A stretch of DNA of 64,000 nt from an uncultured delta proteobacterium (lineage in GTDB: Bacteria > Desulfobacterota > Binatia > JACPRU01), in assembly GCA_963745025.1 (NCBI GenBank), contig CAVUWD010000002.1:160001-224000 (forward strand), given 5' to 3'. The stretch's first letter is position 1; each line of letters begins with the position of its first letter. The notes under the pieces are model-generated. The model worked only from the letters and a program-made list of their open reading frames with translations. It had not been told where the DNA came from and did not search any database. Of the stretch, positions 39,271 through 50,697 are shown one piece after another. A program made the position numbers and the translations under genes.

Positions 39271-40038
39271 TCACACGGCCGAGATGCCGCCGTCCACCAT
39301 GTAGACGCCGCCCGTGCAATAGCGGCTCTCGTCGCTGGCGAGGAAGAGCATGAGGTGCGCGACTTCCTCGGCCGTGCCGTAGCGTGCCATCGGGATGCCG
39401 GCGAGAATCTGCTGCTTGGCCTGCGCCGCTTGTCCGGGCGCGAAGCCGTCCTCGAGCGATCGCATCATCCGGGTTTCGATCGGCGCGGGATTCACGGTGT
39501 TGACGCGGATCTTCAGCGGGGCGCACTCGAGCGCGGCGGTGCGCATCATGCCGACGACGGCATGCTTGCTGGTCACGTAGGCCGAGACGCCGGCGAAGCC
39601 GTGGATGCCCGCGACCGACGAGGTGATGATGATCGAGCCGCCGCCCCGCTTGGCCATCTCGGGGATGACGGATCTCAGGCCGAGCCAGACGCCGCGGACG
39701 TTCACCTCGATCACCCGGTCGAAGACTTCGATGGGATACTCCGGGATCGGCTTCACCGCTCCCTCGAAGCCGGCATTGTTCAGCAACACGTCGATCCCGC
39801 CGTAGCGTTCCACGGCGGCGCGCACGTAGCGCTCGACGTCCTCGGGCCGCGTCACGTCGGCGCGCACGCAGCTCGCGTGCTCGGCGCCGAGTGTCGCAAC
39901 CGCCTGACGAAGCGGCCCTTCGTCGAGATCCACCAGGAGGACCTTCGACCCTTCGGCGACGAAGCGCGTCGCCGCGGCAAGACCGATGCCGCCCGCCCCT
40001 CCCGTGATCACCGTGATTCGACCGTCGAGCTTGCCCAT
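39271..40038 (-). CDS. SDR oxidoreductase
   Basis: [22 protein letters not shown]. Confidence 0.93.
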   Translation of the reverse strand: MGKLDGRITVITGGAGGIGLAAATRFVAEGSKVLLVDLDEGPLRQAVATLGAEHASCVRADVTRPEDVERYVRAAVERYGGIDVLLNNAGFEGAVKPIPEYPIEVFDRVIEVNVRGVWLGLRSVIPEMAKRGGGSIIITSSVAGIHGFAGVSAYVTSKHAVVGMMRTAALECAPLKIRVNTVNPAPIETRMMRSLEDGFAPGQAAQAKQQILAGIPMARYGTAEEVAHLMLFLASDESRYCTGGVYMVDGGISAV

Positions 40039-40153
40039 AGAGCCTCCCCAGAAGCGTCAGGTATCGCAAAAGGCGGGGAATGTCCCGTGGTTGACTCGCA
40101 CGAAACGAGCCCTTAACATCCCGCGCCAAGCCACGACCATGGACAACGGCGAC

Positions 40154-41404
40154 ATGCAACGGCGCCGCGTCGCCGTCACTGGCCTCGGCCTGGTCACCCC
40201 GCTCGGCACGGGCGTCGAGAAGAACTGGGAAGCGCTCTCGCATGGCCGTTCGGGAATCAGCACGATCAGCCGCTTCGACGTCAAAGACTTCCCCACGCGC
40301 ATCGCGGGCGAGGTGCGGGACTTCCGCGCCGAGGATTTCATCGAGAAGAAAGAGATCAAGAAGATGGATCTCTTCACCCACTACTCGATGGCGGCGGCCG
40401 ACATGGCGCTCGCCTACTCGGGTCTGAAGATCGAGGAAAGCAATGCGGAGCGCGTGGGCGTGGTGCTCGGTGTGGGCCTCGGGGGGCTGCCGACGATCGA
40501 GGAATATCACAGCCTCTATCTCGAGAGCGGCCTCCGGCGCATCTCGCCCTTCATGATCCCGAAGCTGATCGCCAACCTCGCTCCGGGGCAGATCGCGATC
40601 AAACACGGGGCCAAGGGGATCAACTACACGCCGACGAGCGCGTGCTCCTCCGGGGGGCATGCGGTCGGCGAGGCGATGCGCATGATCCGCCACGGTTACC
40701 AGGACGCGATGATCTGCGGCGGAGCGGAGGCGGCGATCTCGCCGATGGGAGTCGGCGGCTTCATCGCCATGCGTGCGCTGTCGACCCGGAACGACGAACC
40801 GGCGCGGGCGAGCCGTCCGTTCGACAAGAACCGCGACGGCTTCGTGATCGGCGAGGGGGCGGGGGTGCTGATTCTCGAGGAGATGGAGTCCGCGCGCCGG
40901 CGCGGCGCGAAGATCCTCGCCGAAGTGATCGGCTACGGCGCCAACGACGACGCGTTCCACATCACGCAGCCGTCCCCGGAGGGAATCGGGGCCGCCTCGT
41001 GCATGCGGCTCTGTCTCGAGGACGCCGGCATCGACCCGGGCGCGGTCGGCTACATCAACGCACACGGCACCTCGACCCAGTTCAACGATTCCAACGAGAC
41101 CAAGGCGATCAAACGGGTATTCGGCGAGTACGCCGCGCGGCTGCCGGTCAGCTCGACGAAGTCGATGACCGGTCATCTTCTCGGCGGCGCGGGCGGCGTG
41201 GAGGCGGCCTTCACCGTGCTGGCTCTCTCCCGCGGGGTGATCCCGCCGACGATCAACTACGAGGAGCGTGACCCGGATTGCGACCTCGACTACGTCCCGA
41301 ACGTCGCCCGCAAGGCGCCGATCGAGATCGCGCTCTCCAACTCGTACGGTTTCGGCGGCACGAACGTGTCGCTGGCATTCCGCAAGGGAGAGGTGGTCGT
41401 CTGA
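40154..41404 (+). CDS. fabF: 3-oxoacyl-ACP synthase II
   Basis: [39 protein letters not shown]. Confidence 0.95.
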   Translation: MQRRRVAVTGLGLVTPLGTGVEKNWEALSHGRSGISTISRFDVKDFPTRIAGEVRDFRAEDFIEKKEIKKMDLFTHYSMAAADMALAYSGLKIEESNAERVGVVLGVGLGGLPTIEEYHSLYLESGLRRISPFMIPKLIANLAPGQIAIKHGAKGINYTPTSACSSGGHAVGEAMRMIRHGYQDAMICGGAEAAISPMGVGGFIAMRALSTRNDEPARASRPFDKNRDGFVIGEGAGVLILEEMESARRRGAKILAEVIGYGANDDAFHITQPSPEGIGAASCMRLCLEDAGIDPGAVGYINAHGTSTQFNDSNETKAIKRVFGEYAARLPVSSTKSMTGHLLGGAGGVEAAFTVLALSRGVIPPTINYEERDPDCDLDYVPNVARKAPIEIALSNSYGFGGTNVSLAFRKGEVVV

Positions 41405-41455
41405 GGCGCTCCGCCGGGGGGGCCGCCCCGGCGTTCGCCACGCGATCGCTGCGCG

Positions 41456-42430
41456 ATGCTAGCGAGGGTTCTCGGTGTCGGTGCCGCGGTGCCCGAGCGG
41501 CGCGTCGCGAACCGGGAGATCGAGCAGCGAGTCGACACCAACGACGAATGGATCCGGACCCGCACGGGTATCCGCGAGCGCCACGTGCTCGGCCCGAGCG
41601 AGCGTCTACTCGATGTGGTCGAAATCGCCGCCCGCCGTGCGCTCGAGTCGAGCCGTGTGGATGCGGCGGAGCTCGATGCGATCATCGTCGGCACGGTGAG
41701 CGGCGAGTACGCCTTCCCCGCAATGGCCTGCGAGCTGCAAGCCGCCCTCGGGATCGACGGCACCGCCGCGTTCGACGTCTCCGCGGCATGCAGCGGCTTT
41801 CTCTACGCGCTGTCGACGGCGAACGCCCATGTCAAGGCCGGCGACTTCGGTACCGTGCTCGTCGTTGGCGCCGATGCGCTCACGACCATGACGGACTGGA
41901 CCGACCGACGCACCTGCGTGCTCTTCGGGGATGGGGCGGGCGCGTTGGTGCTGCGCCGCGCGGAGGGAGAGAGAGGCGTGCTGGCGAGCGCCACGCACGC
42001 GAGCGGATCGATGCGTGAGCTCTTGTACGTGCGGGCCGGGCCGCGCGGTGGCTTCGACGCCACGAGCGCGCGGCCGCCGCAGGCGTGCATCCAGATGCGG
42101 GGGCCGGAGCTCTTCCGCTGGGCGGTTCGCCGCATGCGGGATGTCGCGCTCGAGGCGCTCGAACGGGCAGGGCTCGCTCCGGCGGATGTCGATCTCGTCG
42201 TTCCGCATCAGGCCAACCTGCGCATCATCAAGGCCGTCGCGGAGTCGCTGGATTTGCCGCTCGAGAAGATCTTCGTCAACGTCGAGACGTACGGTAACAC
42301 CTCGGCAGCGTCGGTGCCGATCGCGCTCGATGAGGCCGTTCGAACGGGGCGCCTGCGGGAAGGCGATGTCGCGTTGCTCGTCGCATGTGGAGGCGGCCTC
42401 ACGTGGGCCGGAGCGGCGGTTCGGTGGTGA
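41456..42430 (+). CDS. fabH: 3-oxoacyl-ACP synthase III
   Basis: WIRTRTGIRER, AACSGF, FGDGAG, PHQANLRII, GNTSAAS. Confidence 0.93.
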   Translation: MLARVLGVGAAVPERRVANREIEQRVDTNDEWIRTRTGIRERHVLGPSERLLDVVEIAARRALESSRVDAAELDAIIVGTVSGEYAFPAMACELQAALGIDGTAAFDVSAACSGFLYALSTANAHVKAGDFGTVLVVGADALTTMTDWTDRRTCVLFGDGAGALVLRRAEGERGVLASATHASGSMRELLYVRAGPRGGFDATSARPPQACIQMRGPELFRWAVRRMRDVALEALERAGLAPADVDLVVPHQANLRIIKAVAESLDLPLEKIFVNVETYGNTSAASVPIALDEAVRTGRLREGDVALLVACGGGLTWAGAAVRW

Positions 42431-42441
42431 GAGAAAGAAGC

Positions 42442-42516
42442 GGCTACCGGCTTCCGGCTACCGGCAACGACATCGCTGAGTCCTTTGCGGTAGCCCGGTA
42501 GTCGGTAGCCGGTAGG
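42442..42516. repeat. Inverted heptamer arrays (GCTACCG / CGGTAGC), empty configuration
   Basis: GGCTACCGGCTTCCGGCTACCGGC ... GCGGTAGCCCGGTAGTCGGTAGCCGGTAGG. Confidence 0.7.
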
Positions 42517-42524
42517 CGTTCTTC

Positions 42525-43491
42525 ATGACGTCTCTCTTCGACCGCAGTCTTCTCTTCATCGTCGGCAAGGGCGGGGTCGGCAAGTCCACGGTCGCGACCG
42601 CGCTCGCGCTCGCTGCCGTGCGCCGCAAGAAACGTGTCCTGCTCGTCGGGCTCGATTTCGACGACCGGGCGCGCTCGATCGCAGGCCTCCGTCAGGCGGA
42701 GGGTCGCGATCCCGTGGAAGCGCTGCCTGGCTTCTTCCGCCAGAACGTCGAAGGCAAGGCGGCGCTAGAGGAATACCTCCACTTGATCATCCCGGTTCGG
42801 CGGGTGCTGAAAGCCGTCTTCGACAGCAAGGTCTACCAGTACTTCGTCGCCGCAGCGCCCGGCCTGAAGGAGCTGATGACGATCGGTAAGATCTGGTACG
42901 AGGTCGACCGCGGCCGGTGGGATCTGGTGATCGTCGACAGTCCGGCGACCGGCCATGCGCTCCAGTATCTGCGCATGCCGAAGACCGCGTCCGAGGCGTT
43001 CACGACGGGCCTCGTACACCGTGAGGCGAAGCGGGTGTGGAGCTTGCTTTCGCGACCCGAAGGCGACTGCCGTGTCGGTCGTCACCGTGGCCGAGGAGCT
43101 GCCGGTCAACGAGACGATCACGATCTGCAATCAGGTCCGTGGCGAGCTCGGCTTGCCGGACGGAATTCTGTTCGTGAACCGCTTCCACGCGCCCGACTTC
43201 TCGCAGGCGGAGCTCGGGCGGGCGTCGGTCTCGTGGCGCAGGGGCGTCAGCGAGCCGTGTGATGCGCTCTGCAAGGCGGTGTTCGCCGCCGCCGAGGAAG
43301 AAGTGAGCTGGGGCACCTTGAACGAGCGTCATCGTCAGAAGCTCGTCGCCGAAACCGGTTGGCAGGTCGTCGTCCTGCCGTTTCTGTTTCGCGAAGAATT
43401 CGGCTTTGCGGACGTCGAGGCGTTGTCCGAGCGGCTCGACGACGCGGATCGGCGGCGCGCCAAGGCGCGACGCGCCGAGGGGCATCCGTGA
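42525..43491 (+). CDS. ArsA/GET3-family ATPase, subunit 1 (frameshift near 43050)
   Basis: GKGGVGKST, APGLKEL, VDSPATGH, then EELPVNETI..FVNR in next frame. Confidence 0.85.
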
Positions 43492-44662
43492 CCACGAGCT
43501 TCCGAGCATCGTCGAGCGCCACGACGTGATCGTCTGCGCCGGCAGTGGCGGCGTCGGCAAGACGACGGCCGCGGCGGCGATCGCCCTCTGGGGAGCCAAG
43601 CACGGTCGGTGCGCCGCGGTGCTGACGATCGATCCGGCGCGCCGACTGGCCGACTCCCTCGGTCTGCCGCTGGCCGGCGGCACAGAGGTGGTCGTGCCTA
43701 CGGAACTCTTACGTGCGCAGGGCATCGACGCGGCAGGATCGCTCTCTGCGATGATGCTCGACCAGAAGGGAGCCTGGGACTCGCTCGTCGAACGGCACGC
43801 GCCATCGGCCGAGATCCGCGAACGGATCCTGAAGAATCGCTTCTACCAGCATCTCTCGCAGAGCTTTGCGGGCTCGCAGGAGTACATGGCCGTCGAGCAG
43901 CTCGCGCGGCTGCGCGACAGCGGCCGCTACGATCTGATCGTCGTCGATACGCCGCCGACGCGCCACGCCCTCGACTTCCTCGAAGCCCCGCGGCGGCTCA
44001 ACGACTTCCTCGATCGCAAGATCATCCGCTGGTTCGTCAAGCCGTACTTCTCCGCCGGCTGGTCGGCGATGCGGTTCGTCAACCGCACGGCGGGCTTCGT
44101 CCTGCGCACGCTGGAGGAGGCGACCGGCATCACGGCGCTGGCCGAGATTTCGGACTTCTTCGGCGGGATGCAGAGCCTCTTCGATGGCTTCAGCGAGCGC
44201 ATGGACCGTGTCTACCGTGAGCTGAAGAGTCCGAAGACGGCGTTCGTGGTGGTCTCGAGCCCCGAAGAAGAAGTGCTCGAGGAAGCAGAGTATCTGAGCG
44301 ACAAGATGGCCGCGCTCGGCATGCCGCTCCGCGCCGTCGTCTTAAACCGCGTGCACGACGAATTCACCGACCCGATCGACCGCGCTGATTTTCCGCGGGG
44401 CGAGATCCGTGGCGACGATCAGGAGCGCGTCGAGGCCTGCCTCACGCGGTCGGGTCTGTCGCCCGCGAGCCTCGTCAAGCGGCTCGCCCGAAACTTCGTC
44501 GCGTACCAGGACGTCGCGCGCGGCGACGGGCTCAGGCTCGAGATGTTCGCGCGAGGTTTGCCACGACAAGTGCCGATCGTGCGGGTGCCGAACTTCTCGA
44601 CCGATCTTCACCAGCTCGGCGCGCTCGCCCGTATGCATCCCTACCTCTTCGGCCATTCCTGA
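43488..44662 (+). CDS. ArsA/GET3-family ATPase, subunit 2
   Basis: GSGGVGKTT, TIDPARRLADSLG, GSQEYMAVE, VDTPPTRHALDFL; GTG start at 43488 needs a 1-nt correction. Confidence 0.88.
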
Positions 44663-45997
44663 GGCAGCGCGCTTCGGCTCACGATCCGCCCGGAGCGCGC
44701 CCCGGTCGGCTCGCCGGACACCTGGAGGCTATCCCACTCGCCACAGCCGACGCAGCGCGCCTCCCAGTCGGAGAGGCTGCGTCCACAGGCGCTACACAGG
44801 TACGGAACGCGAGCCATGCCCGCCGAGTCGTATGCGGCGCGGAACGCTTCCAGCGCAAGATCGGCGTTGCCGCGCACGCGCTCGATCTCGCCGCGCAGAA
44901 GCTGCGCCTCGGGCTTCTCCGCGATCCCCGGGCTCGCCGCCGCGAGCTCGGCGACGGCCTCTTCGGTTGCCCCCTCGGCGAGCAGGAAGCGGACCAGCCG
45001 GCAGAGGAGGAGCGGGGAATCGGATCGACGCCGCAGGCGGCGATAGAGCGCGACGATCTTCTTCGGGCGGCCGACCTCGCGATAGAGTGACTCGAGGCGC
45101 GCAAGCAGCACGGGGACGGGCCGGAGGCGCGCCGTGCGCAGCCAGACCCGCCCCGCCTCGCGCAGCCGTCCGAGAGGGTGAAGCGCGTCGCCGAGGGAGA
45201 CCGCCGCCGGCAGGAACGCGGGGTCGCTCCGGAAAAGGCCGTAGAGATCGTGGATACGATCGTCGGCCGACTCGTGATCGAGCGCCAGCTCGTAGCGGAG
45301 CCCGAGCATGCGCGCGCGCTCCGCGGCGACTTGATCCGGGCTCCGCAAGAGCGCGAAATAGCGATCCTCGGCACGCACCGCCTCCGCCCAGCGGCGTTCG
45401 CGCACGTAGGCGTCGCGCAGAGCCGCCGCCAGGCGGGGACTCTCGGGCTCGATCCCAGCCGCGCGCTCGAGCAGGTTCGTCGCCGTCCGCCATTCGTTTT
45501 CACGCGCGTAGACCGTTGCGAGCAGCGCGAGGAGTCGTGGGTGATCGGGATGGACGGCGAGCGCGTGCTTCGACGATCGGTCTGGCTTCGTCGGAACGAT
45601 CGGCGGCGAGCACGGTCTCGGCGAGCACGGCGAGCGACTCGGCGTCTTGGGGGCGCCCGGAAGCGCGGCGCAGCACACGCTTGGCGAGCTCGGAACGGCC
45701 GTGCCAGAGGAGATCGCGTCCGGTCGCGACGAGGGCCCGGGCCTTTGCGGCGGCCGCCTCGGAGCTACGGCGCCGGCGGTCGGCGAGCGTCCATTGCACC
45801 TCGCGCGTCAACGCCAGCACGAAGATCGCGCCCGCGCCCGCGAGGAAGCTCGCGAGCAACAAGAGCGGCAGCGGAAGCGACACGCTGCGCGTCGGCGTGA
45901 CGTGAAGCTCGACGACCGCCGGGTTCAGGTAGAAGAAGCCCCCAAGGGCGAGCAGCAGCGCCGCGAGAGCGAGAAAACGGAGGAACCGCTTGAGCAT
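44641..45997 (-). CDS. LapA-like membrane anchor + TPR + rubredoxin-like domain (LapB-like), frameshift near 45570
   Basis: LNP..V..PLPLLLLASFLAG, TPR helices, C-terminal YLCSACG..W..RCVGCGEWDSL. Confidence 0.75.
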
Positions 45998-46021
45998 TGC
46001 GCGTTCCTCGCGTCCCGGCCC

Positions 46022-46423
46022 TCAGTACCCTTCCGTGCCGGTGACGAACGAGCGGGCTTGGGAGTAGTAGGGCTCGGGCAGACGCACGCGCGGCGCCCGC
46101 ATCCAAAGGCCCTCGAGATCGTAAAAGCCGCGGATCGGCTGATAGAAGATGTGGATCACGACGTCGCCGTAATCGATCAGCACCCATTGGCCGCGCTTGT
46201 AGCCCTCCATCGCCAACGGGCGGATGCCGCGGCCCGCGAGGCTCTCCTCGATGTGCTGCGCGATGGCGCGCACCTGCGTGTCGGAGCGACCCGTGCAGAT
46301 GAGGAAATAGTCCGCGACCGAGGTCAGCTTCGAGACCTCGAGAAGCTCCAGGTCGTAGGCCTTCTTATCGAGCGCGAAGCGAATGCAGAGGAGGGCTTTT
46401 TCGAAGACTTGCTTGTTCGTCAA
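46022..46423 (-). CDS. rsfS: Ribosome silencing factor
   Basis: DKKA, DYFLICTG.S..QVRAIA, WVLIDYGDVVIHIF, FYDLEGLW. Confidence 0.94.
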   Translation of the reverse strand: MTNKQVFEKALLCIRFALDKKAYDLELLEVSKLTSVADYFLICTGRSDTQVRAIAQHIEESLAGRGIRPLAMEGYKRGQWVLIDYGDVVIHIFYQPIRGFYDLEGLWMRAPRVRLPEPYYSQARSFVTGTEGY

Positions 46424-46441
46424 CCGATCGACTCTCCGCGT

Positions 46442-47089
46442 CTATCTGTAGAGGCCATGCTGCTGAATGTAGCGCTCCACGTCCGCCGGGACGAGATAGC
46501 GGATCGATTGGCCACGGTGGACTCGTTCGCGAATGTCCGTCGCCGAGACATCGATTCCCGTGATCGAGAGGAAGGAGAGACGCGTGCCGCTGCGATGTCG
46601 ATAGCTCAGCGTGCTCGAATCATAACAAAACGCCTCCTGAGCGGCAACGGGCAAGTGCTGGATCGAGCGCTCGACGGCGTTCGGCGGGCGACTGGTGACG
46701 ACCACGCTGGCGGCCTCGAAGAGGCGGGCGACGTCCTTCCAGGTGTTCATTTCACGAAACGTGTCGATGCCGACGATGAAGAAGAGCAGAGCGCCCGGCT
46801 CGGTGGTCGCGAACGACTGGAGCGTGTCGATCGAGTACGAAGTGCCGCCACGCTCGAGCTCGACTGGGGAAGCGCGAAAGGCGGGATTCCCGGCGATGGC
46901 GATCTCCAGCATGGCGAGCCGCGCGCCGCCCTCGGCGAGCCGGCGCTCCGGCTTATGCGGCGGGCGATTCGCCGGCACGAAGTAGACGCGATCGAGTGAC
47001 AGCGCCTCGCGAACCTCCTCGGCGCTGCGCAGATGACCGAGGTGGATGGGGTCGAACGACCCACCGAGAATTCCGAGACGCTGCGGCAT
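46442..47089 (-). CDS. nadD: Nicotinate-nucleotide adenylyltransferase
   Basis: GGSFDPIHLGH, PPHK, SYSIDTL, VSATDIR. Confidence 0.95.
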   Translation of the reverse strand: MPQRLGILGGSFDPIHLGHLRSAEEVREALSLDRVYFVPANRPPHKPERRLAEGGARLAMLEIAIAGNPAFRASPVELERGGTSYSIDTLQSFATTEPGALLFFIVGIDTFREMNTWKDVARLFEAASVVVTSRPPNAVERSIQHLPVAAQEAFCYDSSTLSYRHRSGTRLSFLSITGIDVSATDIRERVHRGQSIRYLVPADVERYIQQHGLYR

Positions 47090-47097
47090 CTCGATGC

Positions 47098-48360
47098 CTA
47101 CTCGCGGGTCTGTCCGGAGCCGTACACCAAATACTTGTAGGTGGTGAGCTCGCGGAGCCCCATCGGGCCGCGCGCGTGCAGGCGGTTGGTCGAGATCCCG
47201 ATCTCGGCGCCGAACCCGAACTCGAAGCCGTCGGTGAAGCGGGTCGACGCGTTGACGAAGACCACGGCCGAGTCGACCGCGGCGAGAAAGTGGCGCGCGG
47301 CGCTGTAGTCCTCGGTGACGATCGCGTCTGCGAGACCCGATCCGTAGCGCTCGACGAATTCGAGCGCCTCCTCGAGCGAGCCGACGACCTTGAGCGCGAG
47401 AATCTTGTCGAGGTACTCGGTCGCCCAATCGTCTTCGGCAGCCGGGGTCACGCTCGGAGCGATTTGCCGCGTTTCGGGGCAACCGCGCACTTCAACCCCC
47501 TCGGCCTCGAGCGCGCGAACGAGCCGCGGCAGGAGCTCCGCCGCGACCTGGCGATGGACGAGGAGGTTTTCGATTGCGTTGCAGACTCCGGGACGCTTCG
47601 CCTTGGCGTTGAGGCAGATGCGGGCGGCGCGTTCCAGGTCCGCGGCGCGGTCCACGTAGAGCTGGCAGACCCCCTCGAGGTGCTTGATCACGGGAATTTC
47701 CGACTCTTCCTCGAGCGCGCGGATGAGCTCCTTGCCTCCGCGGGGGACGATGACGTCTACGGTCTCCTTCTGGCGAAGCAGCGCCCGGGTCGCGGTGCGA
47801 TCGGCCGTGCGGATGAGCTGGACGGCGGCGAGCGGCAAGCCTGCCTCCTCGAGCCCTGCGAGGAACAGATCGGCGATCGCCGAGTTGGTTTGCAGCGCCT
47901 CGGACCCTCCCTTCAGAACCGAAGCGTTGCCAGACTTGAGACAGAGGGCCGCCGCGTCGGCCGTCACGTTCGGGCGTGACTCGTAGATGATGCCGATCAC
48001 GCCGATCGGGATTCGCACCTGCTGAATTTCGAGGCCGTTCGGCCGCCGCCAGGCGGCGATCGACTCGCCGACGGGATCGGGCAGCATCACGATCTCGTCG
48101 ACGCCGCGAGCCATCGCCTCGATGCGCTCCGGGGTCAGCGTCAGCCGGTCGCGCAGCGCCGCCGAGAGCGCTCCGGCGGCGGCAAGATCGCGGCCGTTCG
48201 CTTCGAGGAGACGTGGGGACTCGGAACGGAGCCGTCTCGAGACAACTCGAAGCGCGTCGTTCTTCGCCGCCGTGCCGACGAGCGCGAGCCGGCGTGCGGC
48301 ACGCCGCGCCGCCGCGCAGAGCTCCGCGACCTGATCCTTGATGTCTGCAGGCGCGCTCAC
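47098..48360 (-). CDS. proA: Glutamate-5-semialdehyde dehydrogenase
   Basis: IYESRPNVT, GVCNAIE, NASTRFTDGFEFGFGAEIGIST. Confidence 0.96.
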   Translation of the reverse strand: MSAPADIKDQVAELCAAARRAARRLALVGTAAKNDALRVVSRRLRSESPRLLEANGRDLAAAGALSAALRDRLTLTPERIEAMARGVDEIVMLPDPVGESIAAWRRPNGLEIQQVRIPIGVIGIIYESRPNVTADAAALCLKSGNASVLKGGSEALQTNSAIADLFLAGLEEAGLPLAAVQLIRTADRTATRALLRQKETVDVIVPRGGKELIRALEEESEIPVIKHLEGVCQLYVDRAADLERAARICLNAKAKRPGVCNAIENLLVHRQVAAELLPRLVRALEAEGVEVRGCPETRQIAPSVTPAAEDDWATEYLDKILALKVVGSLEEALEFVERYGSGLADAIVTEDYSAARHFLAAVDSAVVFVNASTRFTDGFEFGFGAEIGISTNRLHARGPMGLRELTTYKYLVYGSGQTRE

Positions 48361-49493
48361 GCGATCACCATATCGTTGCGGTGGATCACCTCGTCGGAGA
48401 TCCTATAGCCGAGGATGCGATCGATGTCGCGCGTGTGCGCGCCTTGAATGCGGCGAAGCTCCGCCGAGCTGTAGTTGACGAGACCGCGTGCCACTTCGGC
48501 GCCATCGGGTGCGAGGCACCGCACGCAATCGCCCGCACCGAACGTCCCTTCGACGAGCTTCACTCCGGACGGCAGCAAGCTCCGCCCTTTCTCGCGGAGC
48601 GCTGCCGCGGCGCCCGCGTCCAGGTGGAGCACGCCCTGCGGGCTGAGTGTGAACGCAATCCAGTGCTTGCGGCTGGCCAGACGGTCTGCCGCAGGGACCA
48701 CGAAGGTTCCCGCGACCGTCGCCGGATCGAGGACGCGGCGCAGCGAGTGCTCCCCTCGGCCATCGGCGATGATCGTCGAGATGCCCGCCGCCGCCGCCTT
48801 TCGGGCGGCCTCGAGCTTGGTGGCCATGCCGCCGGTGCCGAGCCGACCGGTGCTCGTCGACGCATAGCGATTCGCCTGCGGGTCGTTGGCGGCGAGCACC
48901 GATACCGGCATCGCAGAGTCATCGCGGCGTGGATCGGCCGTGTACAGCCCATCGACGTCGGAGAGGATCACCAGCAGATCGGCCTCGACCAGCGCGGCGA
49001 CCGCAGCGGAGAGATTGTCGTTGTCGCCGAGCTTGATCTCTTCGACCGCCACCGTGTCGTTCTCGTTGACGATGGGCCGGACGCCCGCCTCGAGCAGCGC
49101 GGCGATTGCATGCCTCGCGTTCAAGTAGCGCCGGCGGTTCGACAGATCGTCGCGCGTGAGGAGAATCTGCGCGACGTGACGACCGCGCGCCTCGAAGCAT
49201 TCCTTGTACGCGGCCATCAAGTCGATCTGGCCGACGGCCGCGGCCGCCTGCTTTTGCGGAATCGTCTTCGGCCGCTCGCGAAGCCGCATCCGCGCCCGCC
49301 CGGCCGCGACGGCGCCGGAGGTGACTAGGATGAATTCGCGCTTGGCGTTGCCGAGTTCCTCGACTTCGCGGACGAGGGAGCGGATGCGGCGCGGATCGAG
49401 CCCGTCCGGCGTGGATAGCAAGCTCGAACCGATCTTCACCACGACACGCCGCACACGCTTCAAGAGAGCCTGCTTTCGCGCCAGGTGGTTCAC
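48357..49493 (-). CDS. proB: Glutamate 5-kinase
   Basis: VVKIGSS, NENDTV, GDNDNL, GTGGMATK, PUA domain. Confidence 0.96.
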   Translation of the reverse strand: MNHLARKQALLKRVRRVVVKIGSSLLSTPDGLDPRRIRSLVREVEELGNAKREFILVTSGAVAAGRARMRLRERPKTIPQKQAAAAVGQIDLMAAYKECFEARGRHVAQILLTRDDLSNRRRYLNARHAIAALLEAGVRPIVNENDTVAVEEIKLGDNDNLSAAVAALVEADLLVILSDVDGLYTADPRRDDSAMPVSVLAANDPQANRYASTSTGRLGTGGMATKLEAARKAAAAGISTIIADGRGEHSLRRVLDPATVAGTFVVPAADRLASRKHWIAFTLSPQGVLHLDAGAAAALREKGRSLLPSGVKLVEGTFGAGDCVRCLAPDGAEVARGLVNYSSAELRRIQGAHTRDIDRILGYRISDEVIHRNDMVIA

Positions 49494-50527
49494 GATCGGC
49501 CCTCGGCATTCGCGGGTCCGCCTGCGATCCCGCCGCGGAGCACCCGCTCGCAGAGGAGCGCGACCAGCTCGGCAACACCCGCACCCGTCGCCGCCGAGAT
49601 GGCGCGAAACTCCGCGCCGCGGCCGCGCAGCGCATCCTCGACCCGTGGCAGATTCGCCCGACTCTCGACGAGATCGATCTTGTTGCCGACGACGATTTGC
49701 GGACGCGCTGCGAGCGTCGCATCGAAAAGCGCGAGCTCGCGGTCGATCGATTCGAGCGCCGCGAGCGGATCCTCCCCGAGGCCGGAAAGATCGATCAGAT
49801 GGAGGAGCAGTCGCGTGCGAAGCAGATGCCGTAGAAAGCGGTCACCGAGTCCTTCCCCACGATGCGCCCCAGGGATCAATCCGGGTACGTCGGCGACGAC
49901 GAACGAGCGCCCTTCGCTGCAAGAAACCACGCCTAGGTGGGGGGTCAGGGTCGTGAAGGGATAGTCGGCGACTTTCGGACGTGCGGCCGAGATCGCGCGG
50001 ATGAGCGTCGACTTGCCGGCGTTCGGCGCGCCGACGATGCCGACGTCGGCGAGCAACCGAAGCTCGAGCCGCAGACGCCGCGTTTCGCCGGGGGTTTCCG
50101 GGATCGTCTTGCGCGGCGCCTGGTTCGTGGAGGTGGCGAAGCGGGCGTTGCCGCGCCCGCCGCGCCCGCCGTGCGCGACCGTCACTTTGTCATCGGCGCA
50201 AGCGAGGTCGGCGAGACGCTCGCCCGTGTCGGCGTCGAACACCACCGTGCCCGCGGGAACCCGCGCGATTGTGTCCGCGCCGCGGCGACCGTGCTGGCAT
50301 TTGCCGCGACCGTGCTCGCCACGCTCGGCCTCGATCCGATTCTGGAACTGGAAATCGAGCAGAGTGGTGATGCCGCCGTCGGCTCTGAGGATCACGCTGC
50401 CGCCGTTGCCACCATCGCCCCCGGCGGGACCTCCATAAGGCCGATACTTCTCGCGCAGAAATGTCACGCATGGACGGCCGCCGTCCCCGCCTTTGACCTC
50501 GATGTCGACTTCGTCGACGAATTTCAT
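49490..50527 (-). CDS. obgE: GTPase ObgE
   Basis: MKFVDEV, GGDGGNGG, GAPNAGKST, DYPFTT, DVPG, NKID. Confidence 0.96.
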   Translation of the reverse strand: MKFVDEVDIEVKGGDGGRPCVTFLREKYRPYGGPAGGDGGNGGSVILRADGGITTLLDFQFQNRIEAERGEHGRGKCQHGRRGADTIARVPAGTVVFDADTGERLADLACADDKVTVAHGGRGGRGNARFATSTNQAPRKTIPETPGETRRLRLELRLLADVGIVGAPNAGKSTLIRAISAARPKVADYPFTTLTPHLGVVSCSEGRSFVVADVPGLIPGAHRGEGLGDRFLRHLLRTRLLLHLIDLSGLGEDPLAALESIDRELALFDATLAARPQIVVGNKIDLVESRANLPRVEDALRGRGAEFRAISAATGAGVAELVALLCERVLRGGIAGGPANAEGRS

Positions 50528-50534
50528 ATGCTTC

Positions 50535-50608
50535 GGCTACAGGCTACGGACTACAGGCTACGGGAAAAGACGCCATGAGTCCTTCCCTGTACCCCGAAGC
50601 CCGTAGCC
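50535..50608. repeat. Inverted heptamer arrays (GGCTACA/G type), empty configuration
   Basis: GGCTACAGGCTACGGACTACAGGCTACGG ... CCTGTACCCCGAAGCCCGTAGCC. Confidence 0.65.
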
Positions 50609-50627
50609 TCCTTCCTTGCGTCTAGGC

Positions 50628-50661
50628 AAAAAAAAGCCCCCGGCGTCGAGCGCGGGGGCTT
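50628..50661 (-). terminator. Rho-independent terminator after rpmA
   Basis: AAGCCCCC stem, GGGGGC followed by a T8 tract on the minus strand. Confidence 0.85.
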
Positions 50662-50697
50662 CACGACTTCTGCCGCGAGAACGCCGGGCGCGAGTGG

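Noticed and set aside
42525-44662. Arsenic resistance operon
   Set aside because: No arsB, acr3, arsC, arsD or arsR; the motifs match the non-arsenic tandem GET3-like pair.
43040-45580. Phase variation in the ArsA pair and LapB-like gene
   Set aside because: Single indels not in homopolymer or SSR tracts; more likely sequencing errors.
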